Positions 50,201 to 62,813 of a stretch of DNA of 64,000 bases are shown in pieces. The translations under genes and the position numbers were made by a program. This stretch comes from Euglena gracilis (taxonomy: Eukaryota): the NCBI GenBank assembly GCA_039621445.1, contig CP154954.1, positions 10,683,521 to 10,747,520 of the forward strand, read 5' to 3'. Position 1 is the stretch's first letter; every line of letters begins with the position of its first letter. A model generated the notes under the pieces. It was not told the DNA's origin, made no database searches, and saw nothing but the letters and a program-made list of their open reading frames with translations.

Positions 50201-52411
50201 AAATCGCGCTGCTGACAATACAAAGATACAATGGGATGATACAATGCGAGAATCGCTAACGACAATTGAACAACTGATGTTGGACAACGTTGTACTTGAC
50301 ATTGCCGATCCGTACAAACCATACGTACTGGAGGTCGACAGCAGCGACTATGCTGTCGGCGGTGTGTTGAGTCAACAGAACTTGTCCAATGAACTGCGCC
50401 CTGTAGCATTCTTCAGCAGAAAGCTACAAGGTGAAGACGGAAAAGGACAGGTCAAATGGAGCATACGAGAAAAGGAGACGTATGCCATTGTCCTTATCCT
50501 ACAAAATTTCCGAAGTTGGGTCGCCAGTTCACACGTACAAATACTAGTGTTGACAGACCATGAGTCTCTCCAACACTGGTACACCGAAGACTTGAACAAA
50601 GCCATGTCCTCAGTTGGCCGAAGATGCCGCTGGCACGAATTTTTGAGTCAATTCAACCTGGCGGTAGTTTACACACCAGGTCATACTCAAAAAGTCGCAG
50701 ACCCACTTTCACGTGCACCCCGGCATTACCCTGGTAACCCTGACGATGTTGATGCCACGTTCCACGGAAGTCGCGAAGCCGACGAATACGCAAGGCGCGC
50801 AGACGCCGCTGACAACCTACTTGACAATTTTCCTGTCTCGCGGATTTGGCGGCGGATGCCGATAGCCCCCGTACGGAGAAAACGACAACGCGGCAGAATG
50901 CCGGGCCCCCGCCGGGTCACGCGATCCGAATCCCCATCCCCTCTCTTCTTTCGAGAATGGGATTATTCCAAGGATGATTTCTACAATGATGTCTTACAAA
51001 GATTGCGTAATGGTGAATTGGTTGAGAATTATACCTTATCGCCTGTACGTTTGATTTTTCGGAATGATACCGGTTACAAGTACTGCATACCCTGTGACTC
51101 GGTTGATGACGTACTTTTATGTTATCACAACCAAGGTCACCCTGGGGCCCCCAAACTTCTTTCTTTGGTGGGTCGCAGGTACTGTACAACCCTGACCGAA
51201 AAAGATTTGTACAAGCGCTGTTTTCAAATTTCGCAACGATGCCAAATTTGTCAAGCTGTAAAACCGCGCAGAGGTACCCCCCCTGGTACGATGGACTTCT
51301 TTCCCGTACCACCAGACATTTTTACATCCCTCTGCATGGATTTTCTGGAGCTTGAACCTTGCAAAGGAACGGATGACAAAATTTACGATTACGTTCTTGT
51401 TGTCGTCTGTCGGCTGAGTGGGTACATTGTAGCCATTCCATGCCAGAAAGCAGGGTTGACAGCACAAGTTTTGGGACAAATGTTTTTAGAAACATGCATT
51501 TGCCTCATGGGTTACCGAATGAAATCGTGAGTGATCAAGACCATTTGATTTCTTCTCGATTTTTTACAACTCTTTGCGGTTTACTCGGAATAGAGAAGCA
51601 TTTTTCTATCATTCATCGTCCAAAAGGCAATGGTCGCGCTGAAGCGGCAGTGAAAGCTGTATTCATCATGCTACGACTTTCACTGGCCGAATCTCACAAC
51701 GCCTGGCTACAAGTATTACCCTGGTGTTTATTTTACATTAACACTTTACTGGGGTTGATACTACAATACTCACCGTACAAGATCGTCTTCGGACGTGATC
51801 CCCCAGCCATTGGCGACATCCCGTCAGAACGACCTGCTCGTTCCAGCGTGAGTTGCGAAACATGGTTCACTGAAGTAGAAACATTGTGCACGGATGTGCA
51901 AAAGCGCGTAGTCGCCATACACTTGCAAAAACAAAGACAACTCTTACAAGCTTACAAATCACCGATATACAACCCAGGTGACCGCGTGTGCGTTCGGAAC
52001 ACTAGAACCCGCATGCAATCCACGAAGTTGGACCACCTCTGGATTGGACCATGTGAGATCCTCGATCGGTTGGGTATAAGTGGGCGCTAGAAAGTCGCTT
52101 TACCCAACGGTGTCGAGGATGTGCACATGGATGACTTCAAACCATACCTGAAACCACCAAACGGTAAAGCAATACCCTGCCTCTACTTCAAACCACGGTC
52201 AAAACTGCCTGAGACAGATGATTTTGTCGTTGACAAAATCCTCGACCACAAAGTAGACAGACGTGTACATTACTGGAAAGTACGGTGGAAAGGATATGGT
52301 CCCGAAGAGGACACTTGGGAACCAGCAACTAGTTTTGTTGGTTACATCCAACAAGACTGGAAGCTATTGAACAAACAAAAAAACATTGACATTTCTGTAA
52401 ATACCTTCTAA
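47283..52411 (+). pseudogene. pol: E4 pol: PR, amino-MTase, RT, RH, INT and chromodomain, disrupted
   Basis: DVILGFPFL; FDLEDGFHQM; VYIDD; VDSSDYAVG; HPG...[23 protein letters not shown]...[16 protein letters not shown]. Confidence 0.92.
48810..49150 (+). CDS. Dam-like amino-MTase domain of E4 with the variant catalytic motif WLHPPL
   Basis: IDAFSS...NYWS..TNA...W...LWLHPPL (48986-49003)...GVLLIP..PEAEWF. Confidence 0.78.
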
Positions 52412-52427
52412 GGGAGGATATACAAAG

Positions 52428-55400
52428 ATGTCCAAGATTTTGTCCATAGCATGGACTTTTGACTTTGTTCATTGCAAGAACTTCGGTTCATTTGCAATGC
52501 CCGCCAGCCAATCACACTACTTGCCACATCCAAAGCTACAATACGGATGGGAATCGTCCCTTGACGCGCTGAAGACAATTTTCGACAATATCCGAGAAAT
52601 CGGACCACAAGGCATACAATGGGAAGTATTCCCACTTCCAAAGGATATACAACTGGTGACACACGAAATGTTCTGTTACAACTACCAAATTTTCCTCAAC
52701 GAACACTACGGCCCCCACTTCCAAGTGGTCGGAATCGACCTGACATACCCACAAAAATTCGTGCTTTGGTGCACCCACTGCCACCACAAGTTCCCCGTGG
52801 ACTTCTGGGGCTTTGGTGTGCGCGGTCGGACAACCGACCGCCCAAACGCCCCACCAACGCGAATGGGCGGAGGCCCAGCAACAACGAAGACTACTTGGAC
52901 ACATCTGCCACAATCCCCTCGAAGTCAGGGAAATCGGACACGCCAGACGAAACCACCGACAAATGCTTCTGCACATGCAGACATTCCAATGGAGAGCATG
53001 GGTGTCCTATGCTCTGGAAATCTACCATTTATTCAACCCAAAACAACAACTCCCACAAGAATACCTTCCTCTTCGACCCGAATGGGACGAAGACGGAAAA
53101 CGGAAGTACATCAAACGCCTGTTTGGCGAAACCCTCCGAAGAGAGGACTTTGCCCCATTTTTCAAGGGCAAACGTACAAATAAGGATGGGTTCGCCATCC
53201 CAATACTGTACTGGCTTCCTCGCGGATCGGGAGGAAACAAATTTGTCGGATGGCAAAACTTCCGTCTGCGACCACGTATAAAACTCCCTGAACCTCAGCC
53301 GGCGCAGTCCGAAGCAGCGCAGTCTGCAGTTGAACAACCTCCAACGGCGGCATCATCTACAACGTCAATATCCAAAGCAGCAGCGAAGCCTGCAACCAAA
53401 CGTTCGGAAGAACGTTTGCCACAACCTCCACCTACACCTACAATGTCTGTGGAACACACTCCCGTACACTCTTCAGACTCTTCGTCCGTTTCCTCTTCCG
53501 GGTCATCCAGTGATGAGGAAATGGAAAAAGGGACAGACAATGAACACAGTACACGCTCCGTCTCCTCCGCATCTGTGGAGTCTGAACCCGACGATGCCGG
53601 CGTACAACATGCTCTAAGGGCCGAAGTGCCAGCTACAACGCCTGCTCAAACACGGCCACAAACACCATTGCCAAACGCGGAACCTGACGCGCCTGCAGAA
53701 TTTACAATGGCCGAAGTGCCTGCAGACTCCACAACGGCCGCAGCGCCTTCGGCAGACGTGGTTCCACCTACTTCCCGCACATGCGGAAGCTGGACAGGAA
53801 GTAACTGATGCTGAGATAATCGCATTTCGCGAACTAATCACAAGACAACAACAGGAAGGTATCGACAGATACCAAGACCCAGACGATTTTATATTCATAC
53901 CTCCACAAGTTGGACGCGCTGCAGAACGCATCCTCGGAAGCGTCCGAAGTCGCGTAGCCTCGATGGTTGCAATGGTGCGATCGAGGTCTTCTTCTTCTTC
54001 AACGCGAAGTCCCTGTTACTCGGGACTTGGCGAGAAACCAACACAAGAAGTTACGGCTTCCACCACAGCCCTGGCAGCAGACGCGTCCAGCTCTACTCCT
54101 GATGTCCAAACACACGAAGTGGTGACAACAACCGAATCGACTACGGTCGAACAAACGCCACCACATGACACAACACCCGTAGTGGTACACACACCTGAAC
54201 AGGTGGTACCGACGGCTCCTGACGTACCACCTACCACCACACCAACGGTCAAACATGCTCCAAAGTCGCCTGCAGAACGCCCCCTTCCGCCACAGCGGAA
54301 AGAGAAAGGCAATAAGCCTAAGGCTAAACCACAGCCTACAGAACCGTGCAAACCTGCTGAACGACACAACGAACCAAAACCACCTCCACCTGGGAGTGGT
54401 AGCAAATCAGGAAAGCGGGCGAAGACCCCAGCTGCTACCACACCGGCACCAACATATACCGAAGCGGCCGGGAAAAGCCGGGTCACTTCTACCCTCCGAG
54501 GTAGAACTCGACAAGATACAACGTCTGAGACCTCGCAAGAGGAAAACATGCCGGTTGACGATATTGCCACCCTTTGGCAAGAGGACATTATCTCCAACCT
54601 GCCGAGCGTCGAAGAACGCATTGCCATGATACAATCAGCCCGCGAACGCGTAATGTTGTTGAACAAGTGGATTGAACCATTGTTTTTCAACGAACAAAAG
54701 TACAACTACTATGTTCGTCATATTTGGCGATTCTACAATGCCAGTTCACCAAGAGTGTTTGCCCAATACCTTGGGGAAACATTCCTGTTGGACAATAGGC
54801 CGAATGGTCAAACAACGTGGCTCTGTACTGTTTGTCACAACATTCATAACAGCATGCCAGCTGTGCATGTCTGTTATGCGGACAACAAAAGGAAAATTTT
54901 TCACCACAACGAATTCGTTCCAAATACAGCCGCTTTGATTTGCGGTGATTGCATCCTTGCCTGGAGAAAACTGAACAACTTCCGGTGGTCGGAAGAGGAC
55001 AGAGACCGTGACGTACCAGTTTTCTGTGTCAACTGCCTACGGGCAGACATATATTTGCCCGCAGATGGCGAAAGTCTCAAGATCGAACCCGGAAGCGAGG
55101 ACGTTCTGGAAGATTTCCTCAATTTCTACAAAACAAAACGACAAATGTACCAACACAAAAGCTTCAAGAAAGCTGAGGCTTTTGACCACGGCGGAATCGC
55201 CTTTGACTTCCAAACTGATTCCGGCGGAATCAGACTTGCTGTGGAATGTACAAAAGCGCGATTGCCCTTACTCTTCAATGATGACGACTGGAAACGAGTC
55301 ATATACCCACTCTTTACAAAGCCTTCAACGGTTTCGGAAACCACACAACGATGGTTATTGCCTGACTATCCACCTGAACGACATGGTTACGAACATTATT

Positions 55401-55784
55401 CAGAATGGTTTGGAACCATTCTGAAACCACACATAACCCGCTGTGCCTGTGCATCCCGCGCGCATAACGTTGATTTCAACGCTCTGCCTGGGATGCCACC
55501 ACAGGTACCAGCAAACCGTCCAAGATGGAACTATTACATATGGCCTATGGCCTGCAACTGATCCGAGAGTTTTCTGGGAAAATTTGCAGATGTACCTCCA
55601 CAAGCGAGCTGAAATGCTCAAAACCGAACTGCCCAAGGAAATACAAGAACTCAAAAGTTGGGTTATCCCACGGATCAACATGGACGATCCTGACAAGGAT
55701 ACCTTAGACTTACGTCCAACTGAAATGAACTTGGTACAAGACCCACACATGGGTGAGTACTTCAAGGAAACCCACAAACGTTGA
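52428..55784 (+). pseudogene. E4 extra ORF3 region between pol and the 3' LTR, function unknown, Cys-rich
   Basis: Chain of sense ORFs (251, 331, 532 and 113 aa) with CxxC motifs (CTHC, CTVC, CGDC, CVNC) and a Pro/Thr/Ser-rich middle. Confidence 0.6.
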
Positions 55785-56167
55785 GGGTTTCCTGCCTCGT
55801 ATAATCAGCTACGGCTGAAATAGGCGTAGTCCAACATAATGAGCGAAGTCTCGAGCGTGAATACGCACGTCATCATCGCGTTCAACACCGTTTCAAGACA
55901 CAATGGCGGAATCGCCTTAAGTTTGGTGGATAACACGTTGATCGCGAAGATTCAAGACCACAAAGACACTACGGTGTCAAGTAAGAAGACACACGAAGCA
56001 CAGCATGCGCGCCAGAATTCTTTTGTGCTTTGTGCTCCAAACACGGTACCGTAATTGGGAACCAGACCATGGTATCCTGGTACTGTCTCCCTGAACCTGG
56101 GACTGTGCCTGGCATCCCGACTGGCCTGGTCCAGAAGGGAAATCGGGGAGAGCCCTGGGAGGGGGAT

Positions 56168-56596
56168 GTGTACCAGGCAGCCATTCTGCCATGGCACTGT
56201 GTACCAGATACAATGGGCTACGGCCTACAAGCTGGCTACGGCCGGGATGTAGACAGTGGCATGGTTAAATCATAAGACAAAGAGAGAATCTCAGAGCTAG
56301 CAAAAGCTTAGCGAAAGCAACTGGTTCCTAATTCAAGGTTATTGGGTTTGGTGCTTTGCAATTCTCTTTTAGAATTCTGAGGGCGAAGTCCCATTTGAAT
56401 ACAAGTTTTATTTCTTTCTTTTCCAAAGCTCGAAAGAGCAAAAGTCACTTTCATATAAGGGACTGCGGTCCCACCAATTCTTCTGCTCTTGTGCTTTGCA
56501 TTCAAAAGGGGAAAAGGGAAGCAAATTTTGTTGTTACTCCCCCCACGGACGTTTCAGGAGGAAATCGTAAGTAGAAAAGCCAGGGTGGGACGTACA
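56168..56596 (+). repeat. E4 3' LTR, with PPT GGGAGGGGGA at 56158-56167
   Basis: TGTGTACC...GACGTACA; the same termini as the E5 LTR. Confidence 0.8.
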
Positions 56597-57301
56597 CTGG
56601 GATTTTCTGAATGTGAACCTCTGCTCACCATGTTAAGTCCTAAGGCGGAGGAACCTTCGGTGCCTCGGTTTCCCCTAGGATGCGGGGGATCGATTTGCCT
56701 ATCCGGCACCACATCCCCTTTTACCTGAGCCCAACCACCCATTTAAAGCCCTTTTACCCAACCCAGACCCCTGTTTCCACGAAACCCAACACACTGCCAT
56801 GAGGAGCTGCCGCTCCTCCCGCCGGCGTTTCCTCACCATTTGTTTTGCCCTTGCACATTTCTTTTTTCAATTGGATATCCATTTCTTAAATAAAAGAAAT
56901 CATTGAACCAAAGATGGAATGCATGGAGGAAAGTACTTTGGGAGCTGTCCAAGGTGCGTGGGTAGGTGCGACGTGCAGCTTATGCTTGTCAACACCCAAA
57001 ACTTTACTATGTCAATGTCATTGTGTGTACCAGGCACGTCCCAGCTCTCTAGGATAGCTGCAGAGTGGGTTCTATGCGATCGCACCACTGTGCAAACGCA
57101 GCTGGTAAGGTCGTGGCAGACCCTTCTGGGAGCTCCCCCTGGTCACGTCAGCACTTTTCTCTCCTTTTCCCACGGGTGGTACTCCTTTGTTTCATTGTTT
57201 GAAAGTTTGTAGGTTTGATTCGTCAGAGGGAAAAACGCTCAGAACAACTGAACTTGGTTGCAGAGGAAACATCTGAAGTTTTTCCATTGTGCTTTGCCTC
57301 T

Positions 57302-57907
57302 TGAGTGGGGAACACCGGGGTTCAAACCCTGATTCCCTGCGACCCCGGCGTCCCTGGGTGGTTCTTGAACTTTTCTTTATCCAATTCATCAATTTTCCTG
57401 ATACTCATCCTGGCGCTGCCATATCCCCACTCTTGAGTGGGCGATGCTGAAGCAAACCTTTTCTGAGGGTGAATCCTATTAAGAATTGGGAATCTTCATT
57501 ATTATCTTCATTGCTTGGTTTTAATTTGCAGTAGACACTGAAGAGTGGGTATATGGCAGCGCCAGGAGGATTATGAGTAAAAATGATGATTTGTGTTCCC
57601 ACCCATCTGAAGCCCTTTTGTTTCAAAACGGCTTTTCGGCAAAACGGCAAAAAAGCCGGTTAGCCGTCAGCAAACCGGCAAAAAAGCCGTTTCGCCGTTG
57701 GCAAAACGGCAAAAAAGCCGTTTCGTCTTTGGGAAAACGGCGAAAAAGCCGTTTTGCCCGCCAAAAATGAGAAAAATGGCAAAAAATCCGAAAAGCCGAA
57801 ATGAAACACATACGGGTGGGAACATGGATAAAGAAAAGTTCAAGAAGCACCCAGGGGCGCCGGGGTCGTAGGGAATCAGGGTTGGCGGCCCCGGTGTTCC
57901 CCACTCA
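57302..57907. mobile_element. MITE-like element with ~80-bp TIRs and a nested inner inverted repeat (57408-57569)
   Basis: TGAGTGGGGAACACCGGGG...TTCTTGAACTTTTCTTTATCCA mirrored at 57825-57907; internal AAAAGCCG repeats like those at 22195-22345. Confidence 0.75.
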
Positions 57908-59436
57908 CGGTCAACTCAATTGTTGTGTCATTGGTCACATGCCTGAAGTCCAGATGGAAGATCAACAAAGGAAGAACCAAGAGGAACATAAGACATTATC
58001 GCCGGCACACGCTCAGACAGAGGTGTGTAAGTCATCGGAAGAAGAACAAGATGAATTTTCGGGTTTACACTACATTTTAGGAAGTGACGTGGAAGATGAG
58101 ATGTGATTGCAACCTACCCCCACCAGTGCTGCGGCCGGTGGGGCAATGACAGCTGGGGTAGCTGCAGTCCCCAGTTCCTCTGGGTCCAAGGCCAGTGATG
58201 CAGTTGAATCCGGGGTTGGTGTGTACCAGGCGTATGCTTCTGTCCTCTTCCGTTGAGGAAGTTAGGATGGAAGCAGATCCTATTAGGATCTCCTAATGGG
58301 TGCCCCTTCTCTCTCCACAGGTGGTATTCTTCTTTATACCTTTTCCTTCCTTTCCCTCGGACCGGACTTGGTTATCCAGTCCGTCCTCCCTGCATTGCTC
58401 TGTGCTTTGCTTCTTGGTAAGTGGGAAAAGGGTTTTTACTGTTACTCTGATTTCAGTTCCCAAGTAGGTGCGCCAAGGTGAAAGCGAAGGCTTTTGGGAA
58501 TTGGGAAAAGGGGAATTGGGAATCAGACGTACACTTGGTAGCAGCTTAGGTCACGATCCTACACATACAGCCCATACAGAAAGAAAAAACGCTATCAAGT
58601 ATTACACTTGATAGCAGATTGGTTCGATCCTACGCTGACTGGCAGCGGAGAGCCCCTGCACCGTTATTACACGGTCGCAGCGTCAGCTCCCGGCTTCTAG
58701 TCAACGTCTAAGCAGACGAGCAGGCTCCGGGAGGCTCTGTACGGTATTACCCGTTACAGCACCTCTGGTGCCAGCACAACTGCTTAGTTTTGAGGGTTTT
58801 TGCTGTTTTTGTCATCAGAAAGATGCAAAGCACAGGCCCCAACCATCAATTCAATTATGCCTTATTACAGGCATCATTGCAAGACATTGACCAAGAAAAT
58901 GGGGATTGGAAGCTTTTATGTGAAAGTGCTTCCAGTTCCCACGCCGATGAGGCACAATTGGCTCAATTGTCAAGATTGCAACATTTGTCATCACGACAAA
59001 TGTTGACAGTGGTCATGATCATCATGACATTGACAGTGGTCGGCGATGAGCCCTCCATATCATTGGCTTCAGAGGCTAATGCGGCCTCTTCCGCACTCAC
59101 CTTGCCACAACGGGGGTATTTGCCTCTGTCTGCGGCAATGGTGCAGCTGCTCACACCGGAGAGACCCGTGGTGATTCCGCCACCGGGCTTCTCTGGTGAT
59201 GGTGGGTTGTAAACCCCGTGTTTCTTTCAACCTCCACCCGTTCTTCCACCGGGCAGCCCTTACAGAGCTTTGCCACCACCACCCGATCTCGGGTGCTATC
59301 CCGCACTACCTTGGCAACCGGAGACTCGCCTCGTGTTGCTGGAATTCTCCGGCACGTCCCAACCCATGGATGGCTATGTGAAGGGCACTGGTGAGCTCCT
59401 TACCGCTGAGGATGGCTTCCAGGGGATCACCCCCTT

Positions 59437-62400
59437 GTGAGGCAGTTCAACCATGTGCAACAATGCGTTGCAGAATGTGCAACCGCACTAAACAAAGGGC
59501 TCCAGTTTCATGAGGACAACCAAAAACATGTCTTCACCAAGCTGGAATTCTGCTGGAATTACTTGCAGGAAGTTGGCAAATATTGCCAGAGGAATTTCGA
59601 AAGTGCTGGTATTGACCTTGCAAACTTTCGGGAAACCTTTGACAAAATGTGCCAACAACTCCCGCAACACTTCCGGCAAATTAGTGATTGCATGCATGAA
59701 GCGGAAACGCGGAATGACTCCAAGTTTCTGCACTTGCATGACTCACTACAACGGTTATCGGGACAAATGGAGTCCTGTTCATCCGCGTTGTTGCATTTGC
59801 AACAACAGTTGCATGCACGAGATTCCTCGTCTGCAACATCCAGCAGTGGTGGATTTGTGTCTATGGACCATTTCACCACATTGTCCGCAACTTTCCATGA
59901 ATCGCAACACCGCATTATGCAGTTGTGCGATGAAACGGAAAAGTTTCGGCAATTCCAGTCACAAGCCAACGAGAATTTTGCTCCCCACACGTATGTGCGG
60001 CAGTTGGAGGAGCGAATTTCCCGTTTGGAGCAGAAAAGCTGCTATTGTGACGCGAATCAGGTTGGATTATCCAATCTGAGCGCGAAACTGGCGGAAATCG
60101 CACAACGGCAGGATTACATGCAGTTGCAGTTGCAATCCGACATTGGCGGGATTAAATCGGCCATTGCGGGTTTGCAACAAAGCTATTCCGCACTTTCCCA
60201 CCGAGTTCCGGACATTAGCGGTATTCAAACTGCTATTGGGGAACTCCAGACCCGGTATGCATCGGTGTCTACCAAAGTAACGGAAATGCAGTCTCTACCT
60301 GCAGGTTCCAGTTCTCGGATTACCGAGAACCCTGATTTCAAGGCATTTTATGACAAAATGCTCACTAACAATCAGGAAACCTTGCAAGATTTCCGCAATA
60401 GCCTATTACGGCTTGAGGAATCGGTGAATCGGAATGCCCGATCCACGCAAAGTGAGATTACCAGGTTGGATGAGCGAATTTCCGCGTTTTTGGATAAACC
60501 ACAACCTGGAAATTTACCCGTGGATACCACAACCGCGTTCTCGGATAACCCTGCGGTTGCACCCACCACCACACCTACCAAGGTGACATCACCTTTGCAG
60601 ATTCTCTCAAATGCTGTAAAAGCATTAATGGGACAACTCCAAATACTGGATAAGTCTCACGGGAAACTTGTCCAAGATGTTACCGGAATTTCCGAAAGGA
60701 TTCCGCACTTGGATGACTTTTCCCGTTACCGCAAGCGTATTCGCGCTTTGGAGGATGAAGTTGACCGAATTTGCGGCCAACTCCAACTTGTTGAGCATTT
60801 GGAGCAAAGTGTGCACGACTTGTCTGTGGGTTTGGATAATGTGTCCAACCAACAGCGGGTTTCACACCGCAATTCGGCAGTATGCATTGCCGAAGATGCG
60901 CCAAATGTTCCAGAGTCGCGTTCCCATAACCCGGCTCTGGGTGCACATGCACCACCACCACCCGTGTCCCGAGTGTCACAATCCGCGATTCCGCGAATTG
61001 TACCAGCATTGGCCTTGCCTACAACTCAAAACCAGTTTTCGGATGAATCTCCCATTACGGGAACCGAATTTTCGGAGAACACGGCGATTCCGCCAAGTCT
61101 CCACCAAGCAATCCATTATTCCATGCTTGTGCGTGGAATGAGCCAAACCCGTACACCAGGAGTGGGTCACATGTTGCATGCGCGACATACCCCCACACCG
61201 GAGTGTCCCCCTATTACGGGTGACCAACAGGGTTTGCGACCGGATTTCCGGTACCAGGATTCACCTTCACCAGAAATTTCGCGACTCCGACAAGAATCCA
61301 GAAAGGATACGCTTGGTGCTCGAGCGTACCCGGGCCCGAATCCACGGAATACCACCGAGGGCCAACAGGTTTTTCAGAAAGACTTCAAGGGCACCATCGC
61401 AATCGCGAATAAGGTGAAGCCCCAGTGGGACGGTGACCCAACCACATGGAGACAGTTTTTCCGGGACTGGGAGTACTACTGGGCATTGAAAGGGCCAACC
61501 CAGGACACAAACCTGGAGGTGATCAAGATGGAATTCATTGATTGCCTCCCTAGGGATGAGAAGGAGCGCGCGCGACAAATCGTCATTCGCTACCGCGTTT
61601 CCTTTGATGACCTGGTGGAGCAATACGCTTCCACCAGTTCAAGTTTGGTCGCTAGGATTACCCTGGAGACCAAGTGGCGGCAATGCGCCCCACCCGACCG
61701 CAAGCGGAAGTCCATTGACCTTTGGTATGCCAAATGGTTAGGACTTGCCGCTGAAGTGGATGAACTCAGTGAAAAGCAAATGCGCGAACAGTTTGACGCT
61801 GTTCTCATGCATTTCACGCCTAGCCTCATCAAGGATATCCATCGTGAGGAGTTGGCGGGTAATGCAATGACTCTTGACCAACGCTGGAATTATGTTTCCA
61901 AGCAACTGAAGCTATCACAGCTTCTTGGTCAGATTCAATCCGCGTATACCGCACACCCAACCGCTGGATTACCGGCTGGTTTGGTGAACGCATTGCAAAA
62001 ATCACCGGTTTCACCCACTTCACCCACCACGGGATCGAAAACGCGATACCCGCGTTCTTCGGACCAAGCCACGGATAAAGTGTGCTTTTTGTGTAACAAA
62101 TCGGGACATATGTCTCAGGAATGTCCTAACCCTGAAGCGCGAAAGCGTATTCAGAGTCCGCGAGGCTCGACCTCATCACGAGGTCGGGTTCCTCCGCGTT
62201 TTCACGCCAATCGGGCAATTCACGGTCATCGGGTCCCCGTTCCGGTGGTATTAGCCCCCGGATCCCGTTCCGCGATGAGCGGAAACACGGTACCCCTCGG
62301 GGTAGGTCACCCGGTGCCCCGGCCAAGAAGCGTGATTCTCATCGCGAGACATCGCGATCGCGTTCGCGAAGCGGATCATCTTCTTCGCGATCCTCATCGG

Positions 62401-62601
62401 GAAAACCCCGATACACCGGTCATGGTCGACGGGATACCCGGTCGCCACGACGGTTTGACGGGAAATCAGGAAACCGATCCCCCCGCTATCCAGGTTCGCG
62501 ACACAAATCTCGGTGTTCGCTTTGTGGATCGAGTGATCACCACTCATCCAAATGTCCGCGTTCTCGTTCTCCCCGCCCTGGCCAACGTCATCGCGGTATG
62601 A
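59437..62601 (+). CDS. gag: E5 gag, main 1054-aa open segment (true start probably 58823, true end at TAG 62813)
   Basis: Coiled-coil region, WDGDPTTW core, CFLCNKSGHMSQEC knuckle. Confidence 0.82.
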   Translation: MRQFNHVQQCVAECATALNKGLQFHEDNQKHVFTKLEFCWNYLQEVGKYCQRNFESAGIDLANFRETFDKMCQQLPQHFRQISDCMHEAETRNDSKFLHLHDSLQRLSGQMESCSSALLHLQQQLHARDSSSATSSSGGFVSMDHFTTLSATFHESQHRIMQLCDETEKFRQFQSQANENFAPHTYVRQLEERISRLEQKSCYCDANQVGLSNLSAKLAEIAQRQDYMQLQLQSDIGGIKSAIAGLQQSYSALSHRVPDISGIQTAIGELQTRYASVSTKVTEMQSLPAGSSSRITENPDFKAFYDKMLTNNQETLQDFRNSLLRLEESVNRNARSTQSEITRLDERISAFLDKPQPGNLPVDTTTAFSDNPAVAPTTTPTKVTSPLQILSNAVKALMGQLQILDKSHGKLVQDVTGISERIPHLDDFSRYRKRIRALEDEVDRICGQLQLVEHLEQSVHDLSVGLDNVSNQQRVSHRNSAVCIAEDAPNVPESRSHNPALGAHAPPPPVSRVSQSAIPRIVPALALPTTQNQFSDESPITGTEFSENTAIPPSLHQAIHYSMLVRGMSQTRTPGVGHMLHARHTPTPECPPITGDQQGLRPDFRYQDSPSPEISRLRQESRKDTLGARAYPGPNPRNTTEGQQVFQKDFKGTIAIANKVKPQWDGDPTTWRQFFRDWEYYWALKGPTQDTNLEVIKMEFIDCLPRDEKERARQIVIRYRVSFDDLVEQYASTSSSLVARITLETKWRQCAPPDRKRKSIDLWYAKWLGLAAEVDELSEKQMREQFDAVLMHFTPSLIKDIHREELAGNAMTLDQRWNYVSKQLKLSQLLGQIQSAYTAHPTAGLPAGLVNALQKSPVSPTSPTTGSKTRYPRSSDQATDKVCFLCNKSGHMSQECPNPEARKRIQSPRGSTSSRGRVPPRFHANRAIHGHRVPVPVVLAPGSRSAMSGNTVPLGVGHPVPRPRSVILIARHRDRVREADHLLRDPHRENPDTPVMVDGIPGRHDGLTGNQETDPPAIQVRDTNLGVRFVDRVITTHPNVRVLVLPALANVIAV

Positions 62602-62813
62602 ATCGCGGTGACAAGGGTCACTCCTCCAACCGCCATAAAGTCGGTTTCATGATATCTTGTTTGGAGGATGACACCCCGGCTTCGGGCAGGCAGGGGAATG
62701 AGACCACGGATACCGATTTCGACGAGGCCCGCATGGCGGTGCGCACGTTGAAATCCGTTTATACCTCTAAAAGGCCCATAGCCGGCTATTCGGCCGGTTC
62801 GGACCTGGAGTAG

